DNA of 64,000 bases from Patescibacteria group bacterium (GTDB taxonomy: Bacteria > Patescibacteriota > Microgenomatia > UBA1400 > PJMF01). Within the stretch, counting starts at the first letter, position 1; every line of letters begins with the position of its first letter. The stretch is from positions 8,333 to 72,332 of the forward strand of contig JAZQJV010000010.1 in the NCBI GenBank assembly GCA_045541795.1, written 5' to 3'. Below the pieces are notes generated by a model. It made no database searches, was not told the DNA's origin, and saw nothing but the letters and a program-made list of their open reading frames with translations. Positions 8,345 through 18,663 of this stretch are shown piece by piece. The position numbers and the translations under genes were made by a program.

Positions 8345-10765
8345 ATGTCAGCTATCGAAGATAACATCAATACTAGTGAAATCGTACTTTTGCCCACCGC
8401 ACCGCTAAAAGAAGGTGTCCTTTTCCCTGGTATGCAGACCAAAATGAAGTTTACCCGCGACGCCTCCAAAGCCGCCGTGCGCGCCTGCCGTAAGTCAGAC
8501 AATTTGATTTTCGTCACCTCGCAACGTCGTCCCAATATCGAAAATCCCAAAACTAAAGATCTGTATGATGTCGGCGTCATCGCCAAAGTCGGCGACATTA
8601 CTCATGACCGCAAAGATGACAGCTATGTCGTCAATATTACCTCTTTATATCGTGCCCGTGTACGTGACTGGGCAGAAAACACCAAACAAGTCATTATCGC
8701 CAGTGTCCAAGCGATGGAAGATCAGTATGACATCAGCATGGATCAGCTCGAAATAATGCGTTCTCACTTAATTGGTGATTTTTCCAAACTAGTCAGTGTC
8801 GGTATGATCGAGCAATCTGATAGTTTTATCGCTTTCCTTAAAATCCTCCCGCCTGGACAAACTTGCGATCACATCGGCAATCTCTTGTCCTCCAGTCCCG
8901 CAGACAAACAAAAATTACTCGAAACCGTCAATGTAGGCGAACGTATCAAGCTCACTATCGCTCAAGTAGCTACTGAGCTTCAGGTGGCCAAAATCGAAAC
9001 TGATGTCATCAAAAAAACCCAGCACAAAATGGAAAAAAACATGCGCGAAAATGTTTTGCGCGAGCGGCTCAATATGATCCAAAAAGAACTGGGTGAAATC
9101 AGTGATGAAGAGGATGATGCCGCCGAATACGATAATAAGCTCAAAAAATTGCATGTCGGCGAGCAAATCAAAAAGAAAATCAAAAAAGAACTGAAAAAAT
9201 TCCGCTCCACCTCGTCATTTAATCCAGAAAGCTCATATTTGCGCAACTGGTTGGATACAGTTTTTGATTTACCATGGAATAAATTTAGCAATGATGTCCT
9301 TGATTTACAAAAAGCCGAAAAAATCCTCAATGAATCACATTACGGCCTCGATGAAGTCAAAGATCGCATCCTAGAATACATCGCCGTCCTCAAACTTCAT
9401 CAAGAACAAAAAAAAGTCAACGAAAAACCCACTATTCTCTGTTTTGTCGGCCCGCCTGGTGTAGGTAAAACCAGCATCGGCCAAAGCATCGCCAAGGCTC
9501 TCGGACGCAAGTTTGCTCGCATTTCTCTAGGGGGCGTGCGTGACGAAGCTGAAATCCGCGGACATCGGCGCACCTATGTAGGCGCCATGGCTGGACGCAT
9601 TATAGGCGGCCTCAAGCAAGCCGGCACTAGTAACCCTGTGTTTATGCTGGATGAAATTGATAAAATGGATTACGATTATCACGGCGATCCCTCAGCGGCG
9701 CTCCTAGAAGTGCTTGATCCAGCCCAAAACAAGACTTTTGAAGACCACTACCTAGATATGCCGTATGATTTATCACAAGTCATTTTCATCGCTACGGCCA
9801 ACACCACTGACATCCCAGATCCGCTGCTAGACCGGATGGAAATCATCCGTTATGCTGGCTACACCGTCTCGGAAAAGAAAATCATTGCCAAAAAATATTT
9901 ATTGCCAGAAGCGACCAAAAACGGCGGCCTCAAATCCTCGCAAGTCAAAATTTCGGATCAAATTCTCAATGAGATTATCGAGAATTACACCAAAGAAGCT
10001 GGCGTGCGCGAACTATCGCGCCAACTGGATAAAATCATGCGCAAATCAGCTCGTCTTCTAGTGGCCGATCCCGCACTCAAATCCATCACCATCAACGAAG
10101 AAAAAATCGCCGAATTCCTCGGGCCGCAAAAATTTGACGTTAGCATCAAAAATCAAGAAAATGAAGTTGGTGTGGCCACTGGGCTTGCCTGGACAAGCGT
10201 TGGCGGCGACGTCTTATTCATCGAAGTGGCCACCAGTGAGGGTAAAGGCGAGCTCAAGCTCACCGGTCAACTAGGCGACGTGATGAAAGAATCTGCTCAA
10301 GCAGCCATGACTTATGTCCGCGCTCACGCCAAAGATTTTGGTCTTACGATCAAAAAAATTGATCATACCGATGTTCATATCCATTTCCCAGAAGGTGCTG
10401 TCCCCAAAGATGGTCCATCTGCTGGCGTTACTATCGTCACTGCACTTGTATCCGCACTCACCGAGCGACCCGTACGCAAAGACGTTGCCATGACGGGTGA
10501 GGTCACCTTGCGTGGTAAAGTCCTGCGTATCGGTGGACTCAAAGAAAAATCCATTGCCGCCGCTCGCGCTGGATGTACTACTGTCTGCATTCCTTGGGAA
10601 AACCAACGTGATTTGGTGGAAATACCAGAAGAAATCAAGAAAACAATCAAATTTATCCCCACCAAAAACGTTGCCGAAAATCTTGAGGTGGCTTTAATGC
10701 CAGCTACAACAAAATCTAGCCAGCAAAAACAAGCGACAAAGAAATCAACCGGCAAAAAATCATAA
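8345..10765 (+). CDS. lon: ATP-dependent protease La (Lon)
   Basis: Lon N-terminal domain; AAA+ Walker A GPPGVGKTS; catalytic PKDGPSAG serine-protease motif; 806 aa. Confidence 0.95.
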   Translation: MSAIEDNINTSEIVLLPTAPLKEGVLFPGMQTKMKFTRDASKAAVRACRKSDNLIFVTSQRRPNIENPKTKDLYDVGVIAKVGDITHDRKDDSYVVNITSLYRARVRDWAENTKQVIIASVQAMEDQYDISMDQLEIMRSHLIGDFSKLVSVGMIEQSDSFIAFLKILPPGQTCDHIGNLLSSSPADKQKLLETVNVGERIKLTIAQVATELQVAKIETDVIKKTQHKMEKNMRENVLRERLNMIQKELGEISDEEDDAAEYDNKLKKLHVGEQIKKKIKKELKKFRSTSSFNPESSYLRNWLDTVFDLPWNKFSNDVLDLQKAEKILNESHYGLDEVKDRILEYIAVLKLHQEQKKVNEKPTILCFVGPPGVGKTSIGQSIAKALGRKFARISLGGVRDEAEIRGHRRTYVGAMAGRIIGGLKQAGTSNPVFMLDEIDKMDYDYHGDPSAALLEVLDPAQNKTFEDHYLDMPYDLSQVIFIATANTTDIPDPLLDRMEIIRYAGYTVSEKKIIAKKYLLPEATKNGGLKSSQVKISDQILNEIIENYTKEAGVRELSRQLDKIMRKSARLLVADPALKSITINEEKIAEFLGPQKFDVSIKNQENEVGVATGLAWTSVGGDVLFIEVATSEGKGELKLTGQLGDVMKESAQAAMTYVRAHAKDFGLTIKKIDHTDVHIHFPEGAVPKDGPSAGVTIVTALVSALTERPVRKDVAMTGEVTLRGKVLRIGGLKEKSIAAARAGCTTVCIPWENQRDLVEIPEEIKKTIKFIPTKNVAENLEVALMPATTKSSQQKQATKKSTGKKS

Positions 10766-10853
10766 ATTGTGGTACAATATACGTCTTGCTCAGTTATTTG
10801 TTAACTGTCTAGAAAAGCGAAATTAGTTGCACGCCAAGTGCTAGAGAGGAACA

Positions 10854-12254
10854 ATGCCTCAAAAATTAACCAAGTTAGTCTCCACCATCGGTCCGGCGAC
10901 CGAAACAGAAGAAATTATCGGCAAACTCATTGATGCCGGCATGAACGTGGCCCGTTTTAATACCAAACACTCCAGCCCAGCATGGCATCAAGAGCGTATC
11001 CGACGTGTCCGCAAGGTAGCTCAAGAAAAACACGCCAGTATCGCCATTTTACTGGACTTACAAGGGCCAGAAATCCGTATTAATCTACCTGAAGAAAAAC
11101 CGTTTGACTTGGTAGAAGGGGAGACCTGTGTCTTCACCTACAACGAAAGCCTAGACGCTGTCAAAAAAGTCATTATCCCTCAAAACGTTGTCGAATCACT
11201 GCAAATCGGCAACATGATCCTCTTGGATGATGGTGCTTGTGAACTCGAAGTTACCGGCAAAAACAGCGATCATCTCGTGCTCACCTCGCTTACTGCTTGT
11301 ACCGTCAAACATCGCAAGACCATGAATGTGCCTGGCGTTACTATTGACATGCCTTCTCTCGTGCCTGCCGATTACGAACAACTTGACGGCGCAGTCGGTA
11401 CTGATTTGATTGACTACGTTGGTCTCTCCTTTGTCCGTGACGCCGCAGACATCAAATTCCTGCGCGCCGAGCTAGACAAACGTGGTCTCCACTCACAAAT
11501 TATCTCCAAAATCGAAACACAAGCAGCCCTCGACAATCTTGAAGAGATCGTCGCTGCTTCAGACGGAGTTATGGTCGCTCGCGGCGATTTGGGCGTAGAA
11601 ATGCCATACGAGGAACTTGTTTTCTGGCAAAAACGCATTATTGATTTATGCCGTTCTCAAGCCAAACCAGTCATTACTGCTACCCAAATGCTCAAGAGTA
11701 TGACCGAGCTACCACGGCCCACTCGCGCTGAAGTCTCAGACGTCGCCCATGCGATTTATGATGGTACCGACGCAATCATGCTCTCGGAAGAAACCACCAT
11801 CGGCAAATATCCGGTGCGCGCAGTCCAAACGCAAGCCACTATCGCCGCTTACAATGAGCCCTACGCCAACGATAATCTCACCATCAAAGTGACCAGTGAT
11901 CCTCAGGAAGCAGTCATCAATGCTGCTATCGAACTCACTGAAACCAGTGGACTTGAAGTTGACCATTTAGTCTGCCTCACCACTACTGGTCGTTCGGCGC
12001 TTTTGGCTGCTAGCCTCCATCCTAGCCGGCCAGTGCTCGCCATCACTAGTGACGAGAGAGTTTACTACTCACTATCTCTAGCCTACGGCGTCACTCCGAT
12101 TTTAGCTGAGTCAGAAATTGCCTCTGATGCGGCCAAAACTATTCAATATCTCAAAGATCAAGGCATTATCGTCAAAGGTGAGCGCATTATCGTCACGCAT
12201 GGTGTCCCACACTGCGTGGGTGGCACCAATACGATGTCCATCATCAAAGCGTAA
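10854..12254 (+). CDS. pyk: pyruvate kinase
   Basis: Canonical N-terminus TKLVSTIGPA and MVARGDLGVE motif. Preceded by SD agagagga. Confidence 0.9.
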   Translation: MPQKLTKLVSTIGPATETEEIIGKLIDAGMNVARFNTKHSSPAWHQERIRRVRKVAQEKHASIAILLDLQGPEIRINLPEEKPFDLVEGETCVFTYNESLDAVKKVIIPQNVVESLQIGNMILLDDGACELEVTGKNSDHLVLTSLTACTVKHRKTMNVPGVTIDMPSLVPADYEQLDGAVGTDLIDYVGLSFVRDAADIKFLRAELDKRGLHSQIISKIETQAALDNLEEIVAASDGVMVARGDLGVEMPYEELVFWQKRIIDLCRSQAKPVITATQMLKSMTELPRPTRAEVSDVAHAIYDGTDAIMLSEETTIGKYPVRAVQTQATIAAYNEPYANDNLTIKVTSDPQEAVINAAIELTETSGLEVDHLVCLTTTGRSALLAASLHPSRPVLAITSDERVYYSLSLAYGVTPILAESEIASDAAKTIQYLKDQGIIVKGERIIVTHGVPHCVGGTNTMSIIKA

Positions 12255-12269
12255 ATTTGTAAAAAAAGC

Positions 12270-12306
12270 AACCTGCCATCAGCATTTGTTGGTGGCAGGT
12301 TTTTGC
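12270..12306 (+). terminator. rho-independent terminator after pyk
   Basis: AACCTGCCA...TGGCAGGTT stem followed by a T-run. Confidence 0.65.
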
Positions 12307-12323
12307 TTGTTTTTCTCCCATTT

Positions 12324-12336
12324 TGTATGATATAAT
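12324..12336 (+). promoter_or_regulatory. extended -10 (TGTATGATATAAT) for manA; ATG 7 nt downstream
   Basis: tataat at 12331-12336; ATG at 12344. Confidence 0.55.
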
Positions 12337-12343
12337 AGCACAT

Positions 12344-13318
12344 ATGACAAAAAAACAACTCATCCCGCTCAAAATGGATCCCTTTTTACGCGATACGATC
12401 TGGGGTGGTCACCGCCTCGAGGCATACGGCAAACATCCAGACAAATCACTCAAAAATATTGCCGAATCATGGGAAATTTCCACTCATCCCAGCGGTCTAA
12501 GTCGTATCAGTGATGGTATTTTTGCCGGCGAAAGCTTCGCCGATTATCTAGCCACTATGGGTGCATCCGTCATTTCCAGCCGAGCTCGCAGTCAAGATTT
12601 CCCCCTGATCATCAAGTATATCGACGCTATGGATAATCTCTCCATCCAAGTCCATCCTGGAAAAGGCTACGCTGGTCCCGGCCCCAATGCCGATGGCAAA
12701 ACAGAAATGTGGTACGTAGTCGATGCTCTGCCTGGCAGCAAACTATACTACGGCGTCAAACAGCTTACCGACTTAGAAGTCTTCAAAAAACACATTCAAG
12801 CCGATACTGTACCAGAAATTCTCCGCGAGGTAGAAGTTCACCCTGGCGACGTCTTCTTTTTACCGCCCGGCACTATCCACGGTATCGGCAAAGGTATCCT
12901 CATCGCCGAGATCCAACAATCCTGTGACCTTACTTATAGAGTCTGCGATTATGGCCGCATCGATTTCAACGGCAAAAAACGTCCTCTGCATATCAAAGAT
13001 GCTCTCGCCGTCAGCCTTTTGACACCTACTCCAGACACCGTCCCAGGCAAAGTAGAATCTCTAGACTCTGGCAATACCATCCAAAAACTAGTTAAGTGTG
13101 ACTACTTCACCGTTTCTCGTCTCCAACTGCGCTCACAACTTCCTTGTCACGTCACTACTGGCAGTTTTCATGTCCTCATGTGTTTAGACGGAAGTTTCCA
13201 GCTCACCAAAGATCAGATCATCTATACCTACACCAAAGGAGAAACTGCCTATTTACCGGCCAAAATGGGAGATTACACTCTAGAAGGCGACGCAACCATT
13301 CTCAAAACCACGCTTTAA
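12344..13318 (+). CDS. manA: mannose-6-phosphate isomerase, class I
   Basis: WGGHRL, SIQVHP and KTEMWYV motifs of type I PMI. Start moved to the ATG at residue 8 of the track ORF, which began inside the promoter. Confidence 0.8.
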   Translation: MTKKQLIPLKMDPFLRDTIWGGHRLEAYGKHPDKSLKNIAESWEISTHPSGLSRISDGIFAGESFADYLATMGASVISSRARSQDFPLIIKYIDAMDNLSIQVHPGKGYAGPGPNADGKTEMWYVVDALPGSKLYYGVKQLTDLEVFKKHIQADTVPEILREVEVHPGDVFFLPPGTIHGIGKGILIAEIQQSCDLTYRVCDYGRIDFNGKKRPLHIKDALAVSLLTPTPDTVPGKVESLDSGNTIQKLVKCDYFTVSRLQLRSQLPCHVTTGSFHVLMCLDGSFQLTKDQIIYTYTKGETAYLPAKMGDYTLEGDATILKTTL

Positions 13319-13830
13319 TGACGAGTTATTTCCAGCTCGTCTCCGACGCATACATCCCAAGCCTGGACCCGTCCAGCAGCGATTTCCAGTACCATATTTA
13401 CTGGTTTTTCACTAGTATATAGTGGTAAATTTGCCAACGGCACACCGGGCTGCGCTGGCACTCGTGGACTAATATCCACCACTTTACCATCGTCCAACCA
13501 CACAATATCCAAATCAAAATACATCCGCGGCATCCAAAAAGGATACGTCCCCCGTGCCGGCAGAGCAAAAAGCATCCCGTCGCTACCAATTTCTTGACGA
13601 TCAGAAAGCCCTTGACCGATTGAGGCCTGAGTATTTACCACTTCCAAGCGCAAATCCTGTCCCGCCAGGCGCGCCGTCAGCATGCTATGGTCTGGTAAAG
13701 ATCTTAAATACACACTCAAGCGACCTCGTGAAGTCCACGCACCCATGCCCGCATATGCAAGCAGCACTATCACCGCTGTCACTAAGACCATTACTATCGC
13801 TCTTACTTCCTGTGGCCAGTTTTTTTTCAT
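13315..13830 (-). CDS. DUF192-family protein (signal-anchored)
   Basis: N-terminal TM segment and DUF192-like core (GMLFALP...FWMP). Overlaps recF by 4 nt, so co-transcribed. Confidence 0.6.
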   Translation of the reverse strand: MKKNWPQEVRAIVMVLVTAVIVLLAYAGMGAWTSRGRLSVYLRSLPDHSMLTARLAGQDLRLEVVNTQASIGQGLSDRQEIGSDGMLFALPARGTYPFWMPRMYFDLDIVWLDDGKVVDISPRVPAQPGVPLANLPLYTSEKPVNMVLEIAAGRVQAWDVCVGDELEITRH

Positions 13831-14876
13831 AAATTTATCACTCCCACGTCTCCGTCCAGATACTTCTTTATCTGTAAATCCAAAGCGGTAATCACTGTCG
13901 CTTGCTGGCGCACCTGTGCCAGCACTAATTCTCGCGCTTGTTCATCCAGCTCCGAAAAAATATCATCCAGCAGCAGTAAGGGCTGACGCCCAGTACGCGT
14001 TTGCAAAAAAGTCAGCTCCGCGATTTTTAGCCACAAGACCGCCAAACGTTGCTGACCGCGCGAACCATACACTGCCAGATCTACATTTTGCCCGCCAAGC
14101 GGTGCTTGGATCACCAAATTATCTCGTTGCGGACCAATCAAGCAATGTCCGCAAGCAATTTCGGCTCGCAGGTGTGACTCTAGCGTTTCGCGCGTCAACA
14201 GTGACGGCTCATAAATCAATAAATAATCACGATGTGAAGGCACATTTTTATTGACAAAATCCACGTATTCTGCTCGCATTTTGGCCACTACCGGCGCATA
14301 TTCTAGCATTTGTTCATCCCACAAATGCAAAACATCCTGACCCCAGCCTGTCTCCTTAATTTGTTTGAGGGTCTTATTGCGCCGCAGCAGCGCTGCTCGA
14401 TAATTCTTGAGCGCTTCGCGGTAAACTTGGCTCGTCAAAATCAACGGTCCGTCCAGATAATCACGCCGCCTTTCGCCAGCCCCTTCAATCAATCGCAAAT
14501 CTTCTGGCCGGAAGACAACCGTCAGCAAATTACCCACAAAATCTGTCGCCCGCTTTTTTGTGCGGTCCAGCAAATAATGTTTGGGCGCAGTTTTTTGACC
14601 GTTGACGATGCCACCAGTTAATGTCATTCCTAATCGTATCTGCTCGTCGGTGAGCGCGTGGACTTGCGCTAGCTCTCGCCCAAAACGGATCATCTCGACA
14701 GTTTTACCAGCGCGCAAACTTTTACCTGTAGAGAGCAAATGCAAAGCTTCAATGATCGTCGTTTTACCAGAGCCATTTGGCGCGACAATCAAAGTAATGC
14801 GTGCCGGGAACTCCCACGTCGCTGTTTGGAACTGACGAAAATCCTGAAGATATAATTTAGTAACTTGCACGTCCAA
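13827..14876 (-). CDS. recF: DNA replication and repair protein RecF
   Basis: Walker A APNGSGKTT and SMC/RecF signature region. The TTG start abuts the -10 box, so the true start may be the GTG 6 nt downstream. Confidence 0.85.
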   Translation of the reverse strand: MDVQVTKLYLQDFRQFQTATWEFPARITLIVAPNGSGKTTIIEALHLLSTGKSLRAGKTVEMIRFGRELAQVHALTDEQIRLGMTLTGGIVNGQKTAPKHYLLDRTKKRATDFVGNLLTVVFRPEDLRLIEGAGERRRDYLDGPLILTSQVYREALKNYRAALLRRNKTLKQIKETGWGQDVLHLWDEQMLEYAPVVAKMRAEYVDFVNKNVPSHRDYLLIYEPSLLTRETLESHLRAEIACGHCLIGPQRDNLVIQAPLGGQNVDLAVYGSRGQQRLAVLWLKIAELTFLQTRTGRQPLLLLDDIFSELDEQARELVLAQVRQQATVITALDLQIKKYLDGDVGVINL

Positions 14877-14904
14877 ATTATAACAAAAATCATTAAAAAG
14901 TCAA
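14877..14904 (-). promoter_or_regulatory. TTGACT-16-TATAAT promoter directly abutting the recF start
   Basis: Reverse complement gives ttgact, a 16-nt spacer, tttgttataat, then ttggacgtg. Confidence 0.55.
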
Positions 14905-14953
14905 CTGTATGTATTTTTACATGCGCGATGTGAACGCAAATAAGCATCCCATT

Positions 14954-14984
14954 TGTTTAACATTTGTTTAACAAATGTTAAACA
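14954..14984. repeat. three copies of TGTTTAACA (two direct, one inverted) at 2-nt spacing; candidate operator upstream of recF
   Basis: Copies at 14954-14962, 14965-14973 and 14976-14984 (inverted copy TGTTAAACA). Confidence 0.5.
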
Positions 14985-15039
14985 CTCACATCTGGAAAAA
15001 GTGAACAAACAAAATACAAACGTAAACAAATTTGTCAAT

Positions 15040-15915
15040 TTAAATGTCTTGTTTTTTTACAAAAACCGCTGCTTTGACTATATTGCGTACGAAACGCGGT
15101 AACTTCTCACCGTAATACTTGTCATAATACTGCAGCATGGTATCGAAAAAGTATTCTCGCGACCGACCAGAAATTTTTGCATCTTGGTTGGCAATTCCCG
15201 TTTTATTTTTGTGATGAATAATTGTCACTTCCGGATCATAAACCACTTGGTAACCAGCTTCACGCACACGTCTAGCCCAGTCTAAGTCCTCAGCATAAAG
15301 AAAAAAACGTTCGTCCAGCAGTCCGATCTGATCAATTACTCGTCGCGGCAAAACCATCGCTGCTCCGGAAATTGCATCTATGGGATGTATCTTTTCTAAA
15401 TCCAGATCGTGTCGGTGATAACCGTTGACCACTCGCCAACGCGGCCACAATTTCTCCAGCTTTCCAAAATAGCAAGCTGCCGCCCAGAGCGTGGGCTCAC
15501 CGCGATGACAAGCCAGATCCAGCCGTCCATCAGTCATTTCCAATTTTGGCCCGATCATTCCCACTTTTTTATGCGACTGTAAATAATCCACGAGATTATC
15601 AATATTACTTCGCTGATCAAGTTGTGTGTCGGGATTGAGTAACATCACATATTTACCGTGGGCACGATCAATACCAATATTATTTGCCCCGGCAAAACCC
15701 TTATTCTCGGTTAATTCTATCAGCTGTACCCACGAAAAATGCTCGCGCACCATAGAAAGTAGTTCATCGTCGCTGCCATTATCCACCACAATTACCTCCA
15801 CCGCGCGCGCAGTTTTTTGCAAATAATGCTCATCAAGAGTTTCCAGAGTTTTTTTGAGCCAAAACGCTCCATTATAACTCACTATTATTATTGATAAATC
15901 AATATTTTTACTCAT
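15040..15915 (-). CDS. glycosyltransferase family 2
   Basis: N-terminal IIIVSYNG and DNGSDD-type GT-A motifs. Confidence 0.8.
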   Translation of the reverse strand: MSKNIDLSIIIVSYNGAFWLKKTLETLDEHYLQKTARAVEVIVVDNGSDDELLSMVREHFSWVQLIELTENKGFAGANNIGIDRAHGKYVMLLNPDTQLDQRSNIDNLVDYLQSHKKVGMIGPKLEMTDGRLDLACHRGEPTLWAAACYFGKLEKLWPRWRVVNGYHRHDLDLEKIHPIDAISGAAMVLPRRVIDQIGLLDERFFLYAEDLDWARRVREAGYQVVYDPEVTIIHHKNKTGIANQDAKISGRSREYFFDTMLQYYDKYYGEKLPRFVRNIVKAAVFVKKQDI

Positions 15916-17113
15916 CTTCTTTTTTACCTAGCTCACGATAAATCCGGTCTAATTGTGAAGCTATCAGTTCCCAATCATAATGATCACGGACAAATTTGCG
16001 ACCGTTTACAGATAATTTTTCTTGCAAGCGTATATCGTCCAAAAGTGCTAACGCTTCACTAGCCATTTGTTCGGCCGTATCAGCAATAATGACTTCCTCG
16101 CGGTTGCGCACGCCCAAACCTTCCACCGCCGTACTCGTGGCGATAATCGGCGTCCCGCTCGCCATTGCTTCCAAAATTTTATAGCGTGTCCCCTTACCAG
16201 AAAACACCGGTGCCAACAAAATATGAGCACCGCCGAAAGCTTCTCGGATGTCGTCAATCCGTCCTGGCACTTCAATTTGTGGATCACGTGCCGCCAGATG
16301 TAAAATCTCCGCCGTGGGCGCATTGCCCACTACCCACAACTTAATATCACTGCGTTTTTCCTTGATGAGCGGCCAAACTTTTTGTACCAAAAACCGCACT
16401 GCTTCCACATTTGGCAGCCACTTAAAAGTCCCCACCGACAGCAGCGTCGGCTCCGGACGACGGCCATATTTTTGTTCACTAAACCACGCTGTATCCACAC
16501 CATTGGCCACCACGTCTATAGGTGTCTTACCGTCAATCTCTCGCGCGATAAATTCCTTGTCTTCGTCACTCATCGTCACCAAACGATCACAATGCTCCCA
16601 GTAATACTTTTCCCAATACTTGATCTTATTGATGTCAATTTTTAAAAGCGGCCGCAAAATCTGCCAAGGTGTAGTTTCCGCAAAACTCTCATAACCCAAA
16701 TATTCTATCGTCTGTTCCACCAGCATGACCGGCACATTGGTCTCCGGCAAATGTGGCATCATATAAAACGTCTCTGCGTGGATCAAATCGTAATGCTCTG
16801 ACGCCAGCTCTCGCTTGACCGCGTCAATGACCGAAGATACATGATTGCGGATCACCAAAAACGGATAAGAAGATACCGCCGTCCGCAGAATGTTGCGCAC
16901 CGTAAAAGGCTTGCTGGAGCGCTTAAAAACGCACACTTTGTGACAGTACTGTTCTAATTCCTTGATATATTGCTTTTCTTGTTCATTTTTAATGAGTGCA
17001 AACAGAGTGATTTCATGTTTATCGGCCATTTTTTTGAGTAAATTATAAGTCCGGATCTGTCCACCAGATAAAAGCGGATAGGGGAGATAAGGCGTCAGCA
17101 TCAAAATTTTCAT
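15908..17113 (-). CDS. glycosyltransferase family 4
   Basis: C-terminal GT-B EX7E region (PSRAEGFG-like: PVFSGKGTRYKILEAMASGTPIIAT). Confidence 0.8.
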   Translation of the reverse strand: MKILMLTPYLPYPLLSGGQIRTYNLLKKMADKHEITLFALIKNEQEKQYIKELEQYCHKVCVFKRSSKPFTVRNILRTAVSSYPFLVIRNHVSSVIDAVKRELASEHYDLIHAETFYMMPHLPETNVPVMLVEQTIEYLGYESFAETTPWQILRPLLKIDINKIKYWEKYYWEHCDRLVTMSDEDKEFIAREIDGKTPIDVVANGVDTAWFSEQKYGRRPEPTLLSVGTFKWLPNVEAVRFLVQKVWPLIKEKRSDIKLWVVGNAPTAEILHLAARDPQIEVPGRIDDIREAFGGAHILLAPVFSGKGTRYKILEAMASGTPIIATSTAVEGLGVRNREEVIIADTAEQMASEALALLDDIRLQEKLSVNGRKFVRDHYDWELIASQLDRIYRELGKKEDE

Positions 17114-18663
17114 TCGTTCCTTTCCACATTTATCTGCGCCGCACGGGAAGCCTGCAGATCAAAAATAAAACCGTTTTCATCTTGATACATCTTCAAAAAA
17201 TGCTCATCCAAGTAGTGATACAAATCATCAGTATTAGTCCCCACAAAAAACTGCGCACCTTTGGCAATTTTCTCCTCCAAATCCAGCCCTGATGGCCAAC
17301 CAGTTCTCTCGGTCTGAAAAAGAAAATTAGTATCGCCATCAAAAGCGTGCGCGATCACCAAAGCGTCTGGTGGCAACATCCGCGCTGCCACTTGCCCGAT
17401 ATAGACCGGACGCCAGTCATTAATATCAAAAAACCCTTTTACCTGTCTCCAAGATACGTACCAACCGCATCCTACAAGCACCGCCAAGCCTACTGCTGTA
17501 CACCAAAAAAACACCTTCTTATCCACCTTTCTACTCAAAGACTGCAAATAAACCATCGCTTTTGCCAATCCGCGGCCACACAAAATGCACACACTCGGCA
17601 AAAGTAAATATTGATAATAATCATGTTGGATGTTACCCGTGGCAAACATACTTAGGTAAACAAAATCGCATCCCAGCCATAAATAAGTAAAACCGTCAAA
17701 AGCGCTAAAAAGCTTTTTGGTCTCAGCTCGGCCACTTGGCCACAGGCCCCACAAAGCAAAAATACTGCCAAAACCGCCTAACCAGAGTTTACCCAAACGC
17801 TCGTAAAACAACCAACGCCACCACATCGGTCGCCAGCGCGGAGGCGTACCGTGTAGCGGTCCGTTGAGCAGCCAATCGCTCGCCGGGATGCCAGCCGGGA
17901 ACTGCTGGATATACAGCCGCCACCAACACAAAGGCAAGACACTGACAATAGCCAAAAGCCACAAATCACAGCTTTGCAAGCATTTCTTGCCATCATGTCT
18001 CCAGGCAAGAAAAACCCATAAAGGTCCCCAAAAAACTGTCGTCGGCTTGACCAGTAATGCCGCCATCAAACTCAAACACGTAATCAGCCAACCCTGCCAA
18101 GTCTTTTTTTCCAGATAAAAACTAAAACTTACTAGCGATACCAATCCCAAAAAAACCTGAAATGGCTCCGGCAAAATTGCGCGACCATAAAAAATAGAGT
18201 AGGGTAGCAGTGCCATCGCGGCTGCCGCCGACAAGGCGATAATCTCACAGTGATATTCATCCTTGTCCATCATTCTTTTGACCAGCCAATAAACACAAAT
18301 CACACTCCCACTCGAGCATATCGCCGCCGCCAAACGTGAAAAACTCACCAGTGACCAACTAGAAAAAATCTGCAATATTAGAGCGATAAAATAATTCACC
18401 AGTGGGAACTCTACCATCCTATCACCAGTCAAATTATCCTGACCGCTTTGGACACTGCCCAGATCGTGATAATGCGGCCGCCAAATAGGATAGTGATGAC
18501 GCACAAACTCTCTCGTCACCGATGCTGTATCCGCCTGACGAAAAGAATGCCAATCCATCAAGGGATAATCCAAGCGCCACAAGCGCAAACCAAAACCCAA
18601 AGCTACAATTACCCCCAAAATTTGTGCCCGCCGGGCTCGGATAAATTTTTCAAGCATTGTCAA
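17110..18663 (-). CDS. polytopic membrane glycosyltransferase (GT-C superfamily, ArnT/PMT-like)
   Basis: About 12 predicted TM segments; N-terminal loop with conserved acidic/aromatic residues. Fold assigned by analogy only. Confidence 0.5.
   Translation of the reverse strand: MTMLEKFIRARRAQILGVIVALGFGLRLWRLDYPLMDWHSFRQADTASVTREFVRHHYPIWRPHYHDLGSVQSGQDNLTGDRMVEFPLVNYFIALILQIFSSWSLVSFSRLAAAICSSGSVICVYWLVKRMMDKDEYHCEIIALSAAAAMALLPYSIFYGRAILPEPFQVFLGLVSLVSFSFYLEKKTWQGWLITCLSLMAALLVKPTTVFWGPLWVFLAWRHDGKKCLQSCDLWLLAIVSVLPLCWWRLYIQQFPAGIPASDWLLNGPLHGTPPRWRPMWWRWLFYERLGKLWLGGFGSIFALWGLWPSGRAETKKLFSAFDGFTYLWLGCDFVYLSMFATGNIQHDYYQYLLLPSVCILCGRGLAKAMVYLQSLSRKVDKKVFFWCTAVGLAVLVGCGWYVSWRQVKGFFDINDWRPVYIGQVAARMLPPDALVIAHAFDGDTNFLFQTERTGWPSGLDLEEKIAKGAQFFVGTNTDDLYHYLDEHFLKMYQDENGFIFDLQASRAAQINVERNE

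Noticed and set aside
7480-8598. 372-aa version of sufC from the ORF track
   Set aside because: The upstream 117 codons have no similarity to ABC ATPases and run through the lon/sufC divergent promoter region. The real start is MDKTLL at 8247, with its own SD.
12323-12343. Upstream TTG/ATG starts for manA, and similar promoter-embedded starts (rmuC at 3391, miaB at 45883, the LOG-family protein at 42274, GT39 at 45755)
   Set aside because: These first codons spell the extended -10 consensus (ttgtggtataat / ttgtatgatataat / ttgtgttataat). A transcript starting 7 nt after the box cannot include them.
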